From Squalus acanthias (taxonomy: Eukaryota), in NCBI GenBank assembly GCA_030390025.1, contig CM059432.1, positions 52,640,001 to 52,704,000 of the forward strand: DNA of 64,000 nucleotides, written 5' to 3'. The position numbers were made by a program, and so were the translations under genes. Under the pieces are notes generated by a model. That model searched no databases. It was not told the origin of the DNA and was given only the letters and a program-made list of their open reading frames with translations. This document shows positions 23,919 through 38,611 of this stretch, in pieces (position 1 is the first letter of the stretch; the number at the start of each line of letters is the position of its first letter).

Positions 23919-25671
23919 GTAAGTCTCCAATTATGTTTAGAAATGTATATAATGTTGAAGGCAGTGAATGAATGAATGCTACTTGAGCCAATGTATTCAT
24001 GCATTTGTCATTTTATATCAATCTACCATAATTGTGCAATGCAGTGTTAATCCGACAGTAAAGTTATATATCCCATTATGATGGGTATTATGTTGTTCGC
24101 TTTTGATATTACGCCAGTTACATATTCACATGTATTTTTCAAAACTGAAAGGTTCCGAGGCTTTGCTATCTCCATGCTGAAGATAGAGAAGCCCCAAAAA
24201 GACCACTGAAAAGTGGGTACAAAGCAAAACCTGAAATTTCAAAATCTTCTGCTAGTATTATATTTAGCATGGAGAGAGAGATCTGACTTTTGTTCTGTCA
24301 TTATTAAACTGAAAGGATTCAGAAAATTCAGGGATGATAAATATCCATCTGGCCCATCCCTCTAGTACATTATCTCTTGCATCACCACATCTAATTTGTA
24401 TTTTATGTTTTTCTGTCTCTATTACCTTGCTTAGCAGGTTATTCCAAACCTGGGAATATACAGGATCAGAAAAAGACTATCTAGCTATGTTTGGCTGGGC
24501 CCAAAGTTCTCCCTTTTGAATCTGCTGACCCCCATCCATCTCAACTGTCTCCCAGAGTGTTATTCCACACTATCCCCTCTCTAGTGTCAAGTAGTTAAAT
24601 CAAAACTGGCTGTCCACCTTTCCTCTTCTGAACTCTGGTCCACGTCCTCACGAGGTGTAGTACTCGGCCATGTCTCCTAGGACGGTCCCAGGCTCGATCC
24701 CTAGTTCGCTGATCTCAGGCAGGGAAACAGCTGGCAAAGGATAATAGAAATTGACGGTGTTCCTGCTCCTGAGCTCTATTTTGTTGAACAGCCAGAACAT
24801 CAAATGCTGTGCTGAAATTTTATAAAAGTCAATAGGTTTGACCTGGTTGCTTCATTTTGATGCCTTTGGGGCTGGTTTTCCAGCCATTCAGAAACCAATT
24901 TTGAAACCCTGGAGTCATTGGAAAACAGACATAGAACTTGCGCTCTCTTTTTTTCTCTGTTTAGAAAAAAGTAAAGTTGAAAAAGTAGAAGGCAAATTGA
25001 AGGAAAGAAAAGCTGGGACAAGAAGTAAAATATTTAAAATGTCCCTTTCTGGTTGATTGGCATTGCATTAACAATTATCACATTAAAAGGGTACAAATAC
25101 TCTTCATTACCAGCCCTAACTTTCTGCTGTGGGTTTAATAGGGAATTCATGTGCAAATCCAGCAAGCTCTTAAAAAAATAATGGGGAGGCTAAGGACAAG
25201 ATGCCGTTCGGAGCCCCGTAAATCAAGCAGCAAGTTCTGGAGATTCACAACTCCGTGTATCACTTATATCCTGAACTTTCTGGCTGATTTGTGCATTAAT
25301 AATGGCGTGTGTTGTTAACACGCCGTTATTTTTCCAGAAAGATTTGGCCCATTATTTTTTTTTCCTGCTCACAGATGGCTTATTGATATTTGAAATTGTT
25401 TGCTGTTTGGAGGTGGGGGGGATAAAAAGCGCACTCATCACAAGAATGTAATATATTCTTATCCAGTTGCAAAAGCATCTGTTTTTAGTTTTGCATAATG
25501 AATATATGAAGTATAAGTTAATATGAAGAACTTTGCCAAATTGAAATACAAATACAAAATGCACTGCACCAAAATGGTGCCAAAGGCTAAATGTGTCATT
25601 TCTGTTAAAATCTTAAACTGTACATGACGTGGAAAATTTCTCCAGTTTCTCCGATCTCCCCTCATGCCCCC

Positions 25672-27232
25672 TCCGAGCTCATCTTGTCCATGAGACCCAC
25701 TTCCTGCTCCCTCGCCCCTATTCCCATTAAACTGCTGACAACCCAACTTCCTTTTCTGGCTCCCATGTTAGCTGACATTGTTAATGGTGTTCTCTCCTCA
25801 GGTACTGTCCCCCTCTCCAAATCTGCCGTCATCACCCCGCTCCTCAAAAGAAACACCCTTGACCCCTGGATTCCTTGCAAATTACCGCCGCATCGCCAAC
25901 CTCCCTTTCCCCTCAAGTCTTTGAACGTGTTGTCGCCTCCGTGTCCATCTTTCCCGCAATTCCATGTTTGAATCCCTCCATTTGGGTTTCCTTTGTGACT
26001 GTGTCAAAGATTAAACTATCCCGCCTCGTCCTTCTTGACCTGTCTACAGCCTTTGACACAGTTGACCACTCCATCCTCCTCCAACACCTCTCCACCGTCG
26101 ACCAGCTGGGTGGGACTGCACTCGCCTGGTTCCATTCTTATCTATCTAATCATAGCCAGAGAATCACCTGCAATGGCTTCTCTTCCTGCTCCCGCATCAT
26201 TGCTTCTGGTGTCCCGTCCCCCCACCCCCCTCAAAAGCATCTATCCTTGGCCATCCTCCTATTTCTCATCTACATGTTGTCCCTCGACGACATCATCTGA
26301 AAACACAGCGTCAGTTTCCACATGTGCACTGATGACACCCAGCTCTACCTCACCACCACTTTTCTTGACCCTGCCATGGTCTCTAAATTGTCAGACTGCT
26401 TGTCCAACATCCAGTACTGGATGAGCAGAAATGTTCTCCAATTAAATATTGGGATGACCGAAGCCATTGTCTTCGGTACCCGCCACAAACTCTGTTCTCT
26501 AGCCACCGACTCCATCCACCCCCACGCCATCAGTCTGAGGTGGAACCAGACTTGTTCGCAATCTTGATGTCATATTTGACCCTGAAATGAGCTTCCGACC
26601 ACATATCCACGCCATAACTAAGACCGCCTATTTCCACCTCCTGTAACATCGCCCGTCTCCGCCCTGCCTCAGCTCATCTGCTGAAACCCTCATCCATGCC
26701 TTTGTTACCTTTAGACTTGACTATTCCAATGCACTCCTGGCTGGCCTCCCACGTTCTATCTTGCGTAAACTTGGTCGTCCTAACTCGCACCAAGTCCCCA
26801 TCACCCCTGTGCTCGGTGACCGACATTGGCTCCCACTTAAGCAGCGCCTCAATTTTAACATTTTCATCCTTTTAAATCCCTCCATAGCCTCGCCCCTCCC
26901 TATCTCTGTAATCTCCTTCAGTCCCACAACCCCTTGAGATATTTGTGCTCCTCTAATTCTGCCCTCTTGATCATCCCTGATTTTAATCGCTCAACCATTG
27001 GTGGCCGTGCCTTCAGTTGCCTAGGCCCTAAGCTCTGGAATTCCCTCCCTAAACCTCTTTCCTCCTTTAAGACGCTCCTTAAAACTTACCTCTTTGACCA
27101 AGCTTTTGGTCATCTGCCCTAATTTCTCCTTGTGTGGCTCGGTGTCAAACTTTTGTTGTTGTCTTGTAACGCTCCTGTGAAGCGCCTTGGGATGTTTTAC
27201 TCTGTTAAAGGTGCTATATAAATACCAGTTGT
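25672..27232 (+). mobile_element. L2 LINE fragment
   Basis: LLDLSTAFDTVDH, TDDTQLY, LQLNIGMTE, FKTLLKTYLF. Confidence 0.95.
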
Positions 27233-28865
27233 TGAAATTTATGACTAGCTAGTGTAATTATTCCACATGAATGATGTGCCTTGGCAAATACTCTGCTCAT
27301 TATAGTGTTTTAACTGGCATAAGTTTATGCTGCAATTACTTAGTACTGATTTTGAGTGACATTAATATTCAATTTTGGAATATTCAATTTTGGGAAATTT
27401 ACCAACTGCTCATTAAAGGAGTCATTTGCTTCCTGCCCCTAAATACTTTCTACTGTACTCTTGTCTATCTAATGTTATTAAATAGATATTTATGAAATAG
27501 TTAAAGTATTTAATCTTTTACTCCCAGCATGGGGTACATCACTGGTTGCCCATTACTGGGTGGCAAAGATCCCTTGAGTGAAGTGAACCCAGTAGCAAAC
27601 ACAGTGCAATATTCTATGTTATAAACTCTACTATTGCTTATTTATTTTTAAATTTGAAAAGGTGTTGCATTCTTTTTTCAAGGTCGCCCAAGGATCTGTA
27701 CAGCTGCTGAATACAAACTGTTTGTGCTATCATTGGATATGGTTGTTATCTCTACATATGTAGTATAAGATTAATTTTCACTGATCCTCTTGTGATTTAT
27801 CAAACAGTGACTTTAAAACAAATTAAAAATGATCTTCTTCTGTATTTTGCATATTGGACACATTTCCCTCTTCTCCCCATCAAATACTCTTGTCCACCAT
27901 CCTGAATATAAAAGCCAAAGTGATATTAAAGCACGAGTGTTACACCATTAAACAAGTAAATATTGTGGATTAGACACTGGCACTGCATCTCTGCGACTTG
28001 TGTTCAAATCCATCCCAGAAATGAAAGTTCTCTGCCTGCTGGTTATAAAATGAGCTTAGGGATTCTCAATCCAGTTTCTAATGGGCACGTATCCACAGCA
28101 TAAAACTGTCCCTAAATCCGCACTAGTTGGCAGTCTTGCTCAGAGGCCACGGGGCAGCCAATGTGGGAAATGGAAATTTTACACTGGTGAAATAAGATAT
28201 GCTCTTCTTGGCTGGGGAGTGAAAACCATGCTATCCTGACCTGGCAATGCTTGATGCTGATGTTGGGTAGCTGAAATAGAAAGTTTTCATTCCCTAATTG
28301 GTGCCTTTCACCTAGAGCACAACATTTGCATACAAGTGTTTTGGAAAAATAAGCATTCTTTTTAAGTTAATATTTATGCTATTCATTTCTGCCAGGGATC
28401 TATCTCCCACCACAACTTTAGCAGAAATGGCCATTTTTCCGAGGTTTCCACTGATCTTGCACCAAAGCTAAGCATGTTGCATTAGCTGCATCTCGCTCTC
28501 CTTTCTAGAATGGCAATGATTTTAAAAATCCCATAACCAAAATGAAGAAAGAAATTCACAGATGTCACTGCAAAAATTAAGTATATTTCAGCACCGAGTC
28601 ACATGACTGCAAATTTTGCTTTGTCTCAATATAGAGGAAGTGTAAATCAAATGCTTTTCTTTGAGGGGGAAATATTTTAGTTCTTGTAACTGTTATAATT
28701 GCATACATATTCACTTCCTTAAAATATCAGAACTTGGTCTTAAAAAGCTTTACATTGTTTTGTCATTAAATTACATTAGTGCAAATACACTGTTCACTTC
28801 GTGGGTGAGTTGGACCATTTGTGTTTTAAAGGGCATTTTCAAGAAATATAAAGAACTGTTGATTA

Positions 28866-29840
28866 GAACATAAGGACATAAGAAATAGGAGCAGGAGTAG
28901 GCCATACGGCCCCTCGCACCTGCTGCGCCATTCAATCAGATCATGCCTGAACTTCGACCTCAACTCCACTTTCCTGCCCTATCCCCATATCCCTTGATTC
29001 CCCTAGTGCCCAAAAATCTTATCATTCTCAGTCTTGAATATAGTCATCAATTGAGCATCCACCGCCCTCTGGGGTAGAGAATTCCAAAGATTCACAACCC
29101 TCTGAGTGAAGAAATTTCTCCTCATCTCAGTCCTAAGTGGCTGACCCCTTATCCTGAGACTATGACCCCTAGTTCTCGACTCTCCAACCAGGGAAAACAG
29201 CCTCCCAGCATCTACCTTGTCAAGCCCTCTAAGAATTTTATACATTTCAATGAGAATGCCTCTCATTCTTAAAGTCCAGAGAATATAGGCCCATTCTACT
29301 CGATCTGTCCTCATAGGACAGCCCTCTCATCCCAGGAATCAGTCTGGTGAACCTTTGTTGCACCCCCTCTAAGGCATGTATATCCTTAGGTAAGGAGACC
29401 AAAACTGTACACAATACTCCAGGTGTGGTCTCACCAAAGCCCTGTATAATTGCAGCAAGACTTCCTTACTCTTGTACTCCAACCCCCTTGAAATAAAGGC
29501 TAACATACCATTTGCCTTCCTACTTGCTTGCTGTACCTGCTTGTTAACTTTCTGTGATTCGTGTGCCAATCCCTCTGAATACCAACATTTAATTGACTTT
29601 TTTTAAAAGAAAAATATTCTGCTTTTTCATCCTTCTACCAAAGTGGATAATTTCACACTTCCCCACGTTATATTCCATCTGCCACCTTCTTGCCCAATCA
29701 TTAACCGGTCTATATCCCTTTGCAGCCTCTTTACGTCCTCCTCACCGCTTACTTTCCCACCTAGCTTTGTATCATCATCAAACTTGGATATATTACACTT
29801 GATTTTTTCCCCCCTCCCCCCTCCCCCTCAAGTCATTGAT
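28866..29840 (-). mobile_element. CR1 LINE 3' portion
   Basis: LYRALVRPHLEYCVQFWSP, TRGHSLRI; CATAAGAAATAGGAGCAGG tail. Confidence 0.95.
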
Positions 29841-30181
29841 TAGGGAGGAGAATGAAATATTGTAGCTAAAGTTACCAAATGAACTCAATAAACAAGACAC
29901 TTGCAATATAATTTATTCTGTGGTCACCACTGTTAACAATTTTCCCCGTTCATAATTCACACATTATTTATAAATGGTCATTTGGGTGAAATCCTAAAGG
30001 GTGCCTGGTGTTTGATTCTTGCACTATTGTGGCTCTGAACCCATAAGTGTTCAGTACTTTAAACATACACTGCCTCCCCCGCCCCCCACCATCTCAAACT
30101 GACTGGAATCCTAATCCTCTCAATGATATTAAAGCTACAGTTTCAGTTATGAGGCTGTTTGAATGTGTCTTGCTTTTATAG

Positions 30182-30394
<213 letters not shown>

Positions 30395-30398
30395 TAAA

Positions 30399-30442
30399 TG
30401 TTTAATGCAAATACAGTGTGTTTAATGCAAATACAGTGTGTT
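30399..30442. repeat. 20-bp tandem duplication just 3' of an exon donor
   Basis: TGTTTAATGCAAATACAGTG twice. Confidence 0.9.
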
Positions 30443-32152
30443 GTAATATGATTGTGCCTTATGGCAAGTGGCTAAGAAAGCTGTTTATTCATTTAAGTGT
30501 CTTCGTGTTTAAGTTGGATGTAGGCCATGCCTCTCATGACAAAGTTGCATTTACTGCATACTACCTAAATGAAATACATTTAAAATCACAAAAACAAAAT
30601 ACTGCGGATGCTGGAAATCTGAAATAGAAACAGAAAATGCTGGAAATACTCAGCATGTCAGGCAGCATCTGTGGAGAGAGAAACCGAGTTACTGTCGATG
30701 ACCTTTCGTCAGAACTGGAAAAAGTTAGAGATGTCACAGATTTTAAGCAAGTGCGGGGGGGCGGGGGAGGGGGAGGGGAGGAAAGAACATTTAAAATCAG
30801 TTTGGTGCAGATAGGGGGAACACAATTTCCCATGTACACTCTTTTATTTGCCACAATATTTTAATTGATTTCTGTTCGGTTTAAGATCAATGAAACAACT
30901 AAACAAGTATTGAAAGGGAGGGCAAGCATTTGTGAGATGGTGACTGGACGTGATCTCACATTCACACCACAAATTTTACCAATCAGTGTGCCAGTGTGCA
31001 TAATGGAAAGGGTGCCAGATTTGGTCCTTTTGTAATAACAGAAATGTACCAAGGTGGAGAATTCACTGTGAAGCCGGAGGACGAGTTATTTTTGCTTATG
31101 TTGGTAACTAGAAAAAAGGCCCTGAAATTCCAAAGTCCCTGCTCTATCTCCAGAGTGCCGGACTGAAACTCCCAGCCATTTGCTGCTGTAGATGCCATCA
31201 CCGTCCCAGTTTAGGGGGACAAGATCATTAGCATGTTTCAGGTGGGTGCTTGGCATCTGTAGTGGCACCTGTATGGCGCTCACCCCAGCAGACCCCTGGA
31301 ATGTTGGAGCAGCTCCATGCTCCTCCAACATAGCTGAGGAGACCTGGGAAGGACCTCACCTGAAAAAGAACTGGATGAGTCTTCATCTCTCAAAGTAGCT
31401 ATCTGCCCATCTCTGCAAGGTAATCAATCTCCTCTGGGATTGATTATCTTTTCTCTAAGGCATTTTGGGACCTTTTGAAGGCACATAATGGAACCTATGC
31501 AGGTTGTATGTATAATGCACTGCCCCAGAAGGCCATAGAGGGCAAACTCAATTAAGGTATCTTTTCAGTGAAAGATATGGAGAACAGATAGGGAATTGAA
31601 GTTTTTTTTAACAAAAGAGCTGCCAATGCTGCTACCAATGCTAAATAAATGGTAGAAAAGGCTCCGGGCTGAATTACCTCCTCTTCTATGTATGGCAATT
31701 TCTGGAGATTGTGAAGCTTATGTGGGTGCAAGAGAGAAAGAAGTGATGAACTTCCATAAAATAAGAGAACACTGTTGGTGTTCGCTGTGAAGTTTATGAA
31801 GTGATGGACTCTGTTGTGTGTTCGTGTTATGCTGAAATTGGTCTCCAAGGTTAGGATGGCAGGGGCTGGAACCTCCAAAAATTCTAAGGGTATAGTCATA
31901 CTATAACTCTATTGTCAATGTAAAGTGGTTTTGTTTAAATCTGATGCCATTGATCCAGTATAAGTATATCTTGAATCCAGAGTCAGGGTGTGGAGTGAAG
32001 AGGAATGAGACTCCCTGGAAGAGGTGGTCCTGCACTACTTCATTTCAGAGAATTTGAGTGTTGAAACCAGATTTATAGTGCACATTTCCAAGCTCCATTT
32101 TGCAGGTAATTTCACCAATGAACCTTAAAGGTGCTAGTCAGTTTGTCACAAT

Positions 32153-32820
32153 GGGCCGGATATTCCGATCCCTACGGGTGTGCACGCACATTGGAAATGC
32201 CGGTTTCAGGCATGCGCAGCGCATGTGCTGAAAACCGGCATTTACGATCTGTCAAGAATGCTCTTGACAGATCGGGCGCCTGCCCTGGAGAAGGGCCCCT
32301 CCGCGGGCAGAGTTCCACTTTCTGGAGACCCTCCGCCCGCAGAAAACCCTTAGAATTCTTACGGTTGGTAAAAGTAGGAGTGCGGCCTGCTTTTACCAGG
32401 ATAAGAGTTGAAAAAAAAATGTGTAAATTTTTTTTTCACTCATTTATTGTTTAAAAATACTTTTTAAAAAAAGGTAAGTTTATTTTTAGCCCTGTAAAAA
32501 AAAAAAAACTCATTTTTTTTCAAAATTTAATTTTTGTTTAAAATATTTAATTTATTGTAATTTTAACTAATTTTTAAAAAGTGATGGTTTAAAAAAAATT
32601 ATTTCAAGTTTGTGTTTTTGGGGTAATATCCATTCATATATTTGACAGGTCTTTCTGTCAAGTGTATGAAGGGAGATTCCCTTCTCCTATTGGCTCCCCA
32701 TGGCCCACGTGATCCCAGGGATGCTGCGAACTGCCTGCGCCTCTGGGATACGTGGGCCCTGCGCACTTGGAGTTTGGAGAGGCCCAGGAGCGGAAGTGTG
32801 TGCGTCCCAGGAGCCCTCTG
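32153..32820. mobile_element. Harbinger-like non-autonomous element, right end unclear
   Basis: AAT|GGGCCGGATATT terminus; GC-rich ends with a very AT-rich centre; partial similarity to 15632-15815. Confidence 0.55.
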
Positions 32821-33227
32821 GTAATGTCGATTAGCTCTACCATTTTGATATTGGCATTTATATCTATACGCTGTCACGTTACTTGTGCCACTTTCCGTGG
32901 TAAATACCAAGAGAGAATGACCGCTGAAGGCTGGGGTCGATTCTTCTACTCATCTCTTTTACCCCAGCAATTCTGTTAAATAAAATTATGCATGCAGAAA
33001 TCTCAAAGGCTGCAAGAACTGCCTGACCCTCTTTCTGAAGTTCCTTTTTTCTCAGTTATTTTTGATGCGAAAAGAGGGAATTCCAAAGGCATAGGGTATT
33101 GAGACTGCCACCAAAACCATATTCTCAAGTATACATAGGAAAAGGTAGGTGTTTCAGCACTAAAAATTTATTTCCATTCCATTGGTGTTACGAGTAGCAG
33201 TCCCTACAAGCTTTGATGCACCAGGGG

Positions 33228-33384
33228 CAATGTACCCTTTAATTGTTTTTTTGGCCCGCACCGCTCCTTTAACAGCTGCTGCGCTGGTCTTTCAAAATTC
33301 CGCGCGTGCACTTTTTTTTCTATTTAAAAGCCGGCTCACCGACTGCGCGGGGCCTGCTGACAGCGCAGCTTAAAGGGAACATTG
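33228..33384. mobile_element. hAT-type MITE with perfect 8-bp TSD
   Basis: TIRs CAATGTACCCTTTAA / TTAAAGGGAACATTG; ACCAGGGG at 33220-33227 and 33385-33392. Confidence 0.88.
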
Positions 33385-33388
33385 ACCA

Positions 33389-33505
33389 GGGGTTATTTTC
33401 ACTTGCGGGTGGCAAGCCGGCTGTTGCGGATTAGGCGGGAGGTATAATGGCCAGCTAATCCGCAACCGCCAGTTTTTTGCCTGCACCCAAAGTGAAAATT
33501 ACCCC
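33389..33505. mobile_element. Short Harbinger-like MITE
   Basis: TIRs GGGGTTATTTTCACTT / AAGTGAAAATTACCCC; CCA on both sides. Confidence 0.7.
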
Positions 33506-36500
33506 CCACCAATCCACTTTTCCCAGGTGAAAAGGTTTAGTGATCAAGCAAAATCAGTTTGCAAAACATTTTATTTGCTGTGGTGTAGTTGACTATTACA
33601 AGGCCTGTAAATAAAACTGCTGACTTCCCTCCCATCTTTCTTCCCCCGGCCCCTTTTTGAGAAGGGGGTGGGGGAGGTGGTGGAAGCCGGCATTTTCTGT
33701 TACTGAAAATGTATATTCCTGGTTTATGGCCATGGTTACGGCCTTCTATCCTTCCAAAATATGCGGCCAGTGTTCAGGTAATGTAAAAGATTACTTTTTT
33801 TTTTAAAAAGAGTATTATAAGTGTGTTTACTGTTCCCTTTTTTTCAGCGTCAAAAAACTAACCACTGCACTGTATAAACTCCAATTACCTATTCTATTTT
33901 TAAACAAAAATTATACTGCTGCCATTCAAACTGGTGCTACTCAATTAGGAAAAAGTTCCACCCAGTGACTCTGGTGGGGGTTGGGGAGGGAGGGATGCAA
34001 GTTTTGTTGAACTAAAGTGTTGCATCATTTAAAAAAAAAAGCTAAGCAGTCCCTGACAGGGTCACGCTCTCGCATGTAATACCTGGTTGCCCGGGGCAGT
34101 TCACTTCTTTGCTTTTTATTGTCCAGGGAATTGGATTTCAAAAAGAAGCTCTGTGCTGATTAGTTTTTGTTCTGTATACATACATACAGTGCTATTTTAA
34201 AAAGTACTGAGGAAGTAGGTAATTACTCTAGTAAAAAAATGTGCTTCCTTTGTTGTCAACATATGTTTTAAGCAGTAGCCAAGACATGTGGTTTTAATTA
34301 TAAGCTTTGAATAGTGTTTTGTAAGAAAGCAATCCCACCATCCTCTTGATTTCATCAGCAGCTGGTTTCTATGGTTTCCTTCATCTATAGTTTTGTGTTT
34401 TAAGATTTATTTGGTCTCTTAAATTTGACATGCCTAGACCTCTGTCTCTTTCTTGTACAAAAATCCAGTTATATTAATTGTTAAAATAAATATTTGAAGA
34501 AGCCCAAGCAGGGATTTTGTTTTTAATGCCCCTGTTACTGTTTCAGGCTTTTGGGCCTAACACAAAAGCCTGTTCTCCTAAGAAAGCGTGAACTGAAGCA
34601 AGACCTTGTGCACAGAGTAGTGTAGGATAGCATGCCCCGGGCAAACAAGCTTGTTTATTGTTTCAGGGTTATATGTAGAATTTACGTGTAAGAGTCGCGC
34701 TATGTGCCCCATCACTTCAGGAAATTATTAATTTCATTTTTGTAACAGACTAAACTACTAAACATTCATTCACAGAAATAAGCAAAACCAGCTGGTAGTG
34801 GAAGCCTGATCAAAGCAGCTGTCAGCCAATTCAAGAAAGGGTTCTCATTGCAAATGTTTCAAAATAAATAAGTTTCAAGATAAATAATAGACCAACTTGT
34901 CTTAGAAAGTGGTCGGCACCTGATTCATACTAGTGGGTTTTTATCAAAATTATGTGGGCATCATACTCGTGGAGTCTCGCTTTGACCCTGATCAGAGTTG
35001 TTAAGTCTTGCATCTGACTTTGCATGAACAGCAGCTTATTGTTGCTGAATCCATCCCATTTATAGCTACGCAACAGAATTCAGCATAATGGAAGCAGTTC
35101 AGTAATACGCATCGGTATTCGTGTGATTTCCTTCAGCCTGAGCGAAAAATAAGTTTCATTTTTTGCTTTGGAGTATTTTTGTGAATCCAAATGAAGTTAA
35201 TAATTCAGAAACTAATCATCATCCTATCTATTAAAGGAGCTATAAGTTTATGTAAAAATCAGAACTTCTGTTATTTCGTGTCTGAGCAATCTTTAATTAA
35301 AAGTTATGGTAGTTAATTTAAAAAAAAGTTTAGTTTAATTGATTCATTGACCTCAACATTGCCAGGAGAGCCATTATGGAATCTGGTCTCTAGACAGCAA
35401 GGGCACAGGGAAGAAAAACTCACCTCAGCCCCCCCCCCCCCCACCCCCAAAGACATTTTCCAGGCAGGCTGCATGCCTGATTCTGCCGGTTGTAGGATCC
35501 CATTTGAAATTTTCAGATACAAATGGGTGGAGCGAGAGCATGCAGCCCAGACAGCGCCCTCAGTGTGGGCAGCCCAGGAGCGCGCCACTCCCTCTGCCAC
35601 CCAGAGAGCACAAGCAGTCTTCGCATCCCAGATGTTAACCGGCCTAACCAGTGGTTTTTAATGAGACCTCCTCTGGTGGCTGCTGAAGAAATGGCTCAAA
35701 CAATATTTTGGGAGAATTATTGTGGGGCCAGGAGGAAAAGGATTGTGAGCCTCTGTCGGCCCGTGCTTGATCCCCTCTGGGATGGGATGCCTTCACTTTT
35801 GGGAGCTCAGGAACCGATCGATTTCCTGAGCTCCCAAAACTGGCAAGGCACACGTTTGGCGGCCATAGCTCACCATCCGGATTCAAATGAGGTTTGATGC
35901 TAGGTTTGGACAGACAGCGTGGCCATTCGCTCATTTCGGGCAGAAGTCGAAGATTCTCCCCCCCCCCCCCCCCCCCCCCACTGTCTTTAGCAAGAGGCAC
36001 CTAAGTAGGTTCTTTTATACTGGAATAGCTGTATGTCGAGTCCAATACATTCTGTAGAGTTGTCATAGTGCTCCAAAAATCACTAGTCGCAACACACGTT
36101 ATGAACCTACCTTCTATTATTCCTGCCACAAGTTGGATCTATTTTTTAATTGGTGAATGCTCACCAGTAAGTAGATGCAAGTGTGCACAGGTAGATGAAT
36201 TTGAGTACAGTAAGCACTCCAGTTTCCTACCGACCATGATGGATATATAACCTTGCTGGTCTGAGTGGCCGTATTTAATGCACTTCATTTCACTTAAGAG
36301 CAGAATGCTGTTGAGTTCATAGGTTTGAGATTAAAGCCAGGCTAATTTCACTAAGTCTGAGGCTACAGGGTCATTGGTATGGTAAATGGCTGTCACATTG
36401 GTGCAGTAAATGGTATTCTTGAGAGGTCGTGTTTAAGGCTTTTTATTTCTATGGGCTTGAGGCTTTTTAAAAAAAAATGATAGAGCAAATAGTCTTTAGT

Positions 36501-36747
36501 TTACAATTGAAATGATTCTATATTTCGAAGTACAACACGTAAACTGCAAAAGATTTCTTTGTGATTAAAAGGTCTGGTGCTCAGTAATTTCTTTCCTTTG
36601 TATACATGAACATTTCCTGTGCTGTCTCAGAATATTCTATATAAAAAAAATTATAATTTACCGCATTCAGTTTTTCAATTTAAATATTAATTTTTTTTGT
36701 ATGAGTAATTTATTCTCCGTACACTTTGCAATTTTTTTTATAACTAG

Positions 36748-37055
36748 GAAAAAGTTCCTCCTCACTTGGCTACCTCTCCCATCCCGACAGAAGAAGGGCA
36801 GTTCTTCAAGGATGTGCAGCTGAACTTGGGAAAATCTAGAGCTGACCTGGGAATGGGACAGAACTTGGAGAATATTGTGCACGGCACAGCTCCAGAGACC
36901 ACACTCTGCATCAGCTCAGTGAAGAAGAAAAAGCGGCGGAAGAAGAAATTTAAACCAGATGGCAAAAAGGAAGACCGTACATCGTCAGCTGGCAGTGAGG
37001 ACATATTTGAAATGGACATGAGTTCTGAGGAAGACAAACCAGTGCATTCTCCCAG
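36748..37055 (+). CDS. LPIN2: Lipin-2 exon EKVPPHLATSPIP...SSVKKKKRRKKKFK...VHSP (polybasic NLS)
   Basis: TAG acceptor, CAG|GTAAAA donor, 308 nt, phase 0/2; LATSPIP motif and polybasic tract typical of lipins. Confidence 0.95.
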
Positions 37056-37676
37056 GTAAAAATAAACTTTTATCTTCTAGTTTGTAACTCTCTTTTTAGA
37101 ATTCCTTTTTATTAATCACTGCTATTCTTGATTTCAAAAATGATTGAATAAGCAAATAAGAAATTAAGCAAAATATATATTGGGGTTCCCTGATGACTCT
37201 GTGGATAAATGGACGGTCCATTGTAATACTAGAGATTGTCAGCATTTTGTTCTTTATAGAAACATTTAACTGTCAATGGATTGACTAATATCTGCAAGTG
37301 GACCTTATCCCCTATGATCTGCCTTCTGTGGAGTTGCACGGTTTGAGAGCTAGCAATTAACATACTTGTAGTGATCTGCTTACTGAATTAAACAATAGTA
37401 TTGTGCTATACTACCACATTCACTTCAGATTGGTGGCTATTGAATATCAGAATATTCAGATTATAGTCAATACTACGTATTTACAATTAAATAGAAATAT
37501 TGAGTATACAACATTCAGTAAAATACTATAGTACAAGACAGACAAGAAAAGTTTGTAATGAGTTAATTACCCTTTGTAAGAATAGACTTGAATATAAACA
37601 ATCTTTTTAGTTTTTAAAGGCAGAAGTACTGGTTACTGACAGAAGTTCAATTTTCTTGTACCATTCTTAACATAAT

Positions 37677-38536
37677 GGGCCAGATTTTGGTGAAAAAATG
37701 ACGATGTCTGAACGACCCACGCCGTTATTAATGCGCAAATTGGCGAGCAACTTGTAGTGAGGAAGAGATGCCCAGTGAATTGCGAATCGCCACAAGTTGC
37801 TGGCCGCTTTACACCGCTCTGCCATTAGCTTCACAAAAATGGTATCTTGTGCTTAACCTCCCACTGATTTTCATGACTTTGCTGCATTTGCACATTAATT
37901 ACTCATTAACAGCATAAGTACCCTTTTAACAATGTGATAATTGTTAATGACTGCCAATCAACCTCTCTTGCCCAGAAAGTAAACAATTATATCCCATGCA
38001 GCAGGCGCATAGGAACACCATCACCTCCAAGTTCCCCTCCAAGTCACACAACATCCTGACTTGGAAATATATTGCCGTTCCTTCATCGTCACTGGTTCTA
38101 AGTCCTGGGACTCATTCCCTAACAGCACTATGGGAGTGCCTTCACCAGTGTGGAGTCTCATTCCTTCAGGTTGCGAATTGTTTTAGGAGATTTTAAAAAT
38201 GGCAATTTAATTTTTTTTCCTCTCAATCTAATCTTTCTTTCCCTCTCTTTATTTCTCTTTCTGTAACTGATTTGACATTAAATTCATTCACTCTAATTTA
38301 CTCTCCTTCTCTGTACTTCTGTTTATTTCTCACTCCTTTACTCTCAGTTAGTTAAGTAGATACCCTGTTTGTCCCATTATTCAGTCAGGTTCCAGATGCC
38401 CTGTTGTCCTTGATGCGCGTTACCAGCTTGCACTTCCAGCAACATTGTGGGCTAAAAATGTTAACCTAAACTTGCACGAACAAGTCTAACTAATGGGACA
38501 TGCCACGAAATGCTCCGCTGCAGCAAAATCTGGCCC
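37677..38536. mobile_element. Harbinger-type MITE containing a LINE fragment at about 37993-38148
   Basis: Perfect TIR GGGCCAGATTTTG / CAAAATCTGGCCC with AAT TSD; partial reverse copy at about 25050-25350. Confidence 0.88.
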
Positions 38537-38611
38537 AATATGTTCCTCATGCAGGGCATTAAAAGTAATCTGTCTTGGTGTGTGTGTTGGGCATGTACTG
38601 CATGTTTATAA

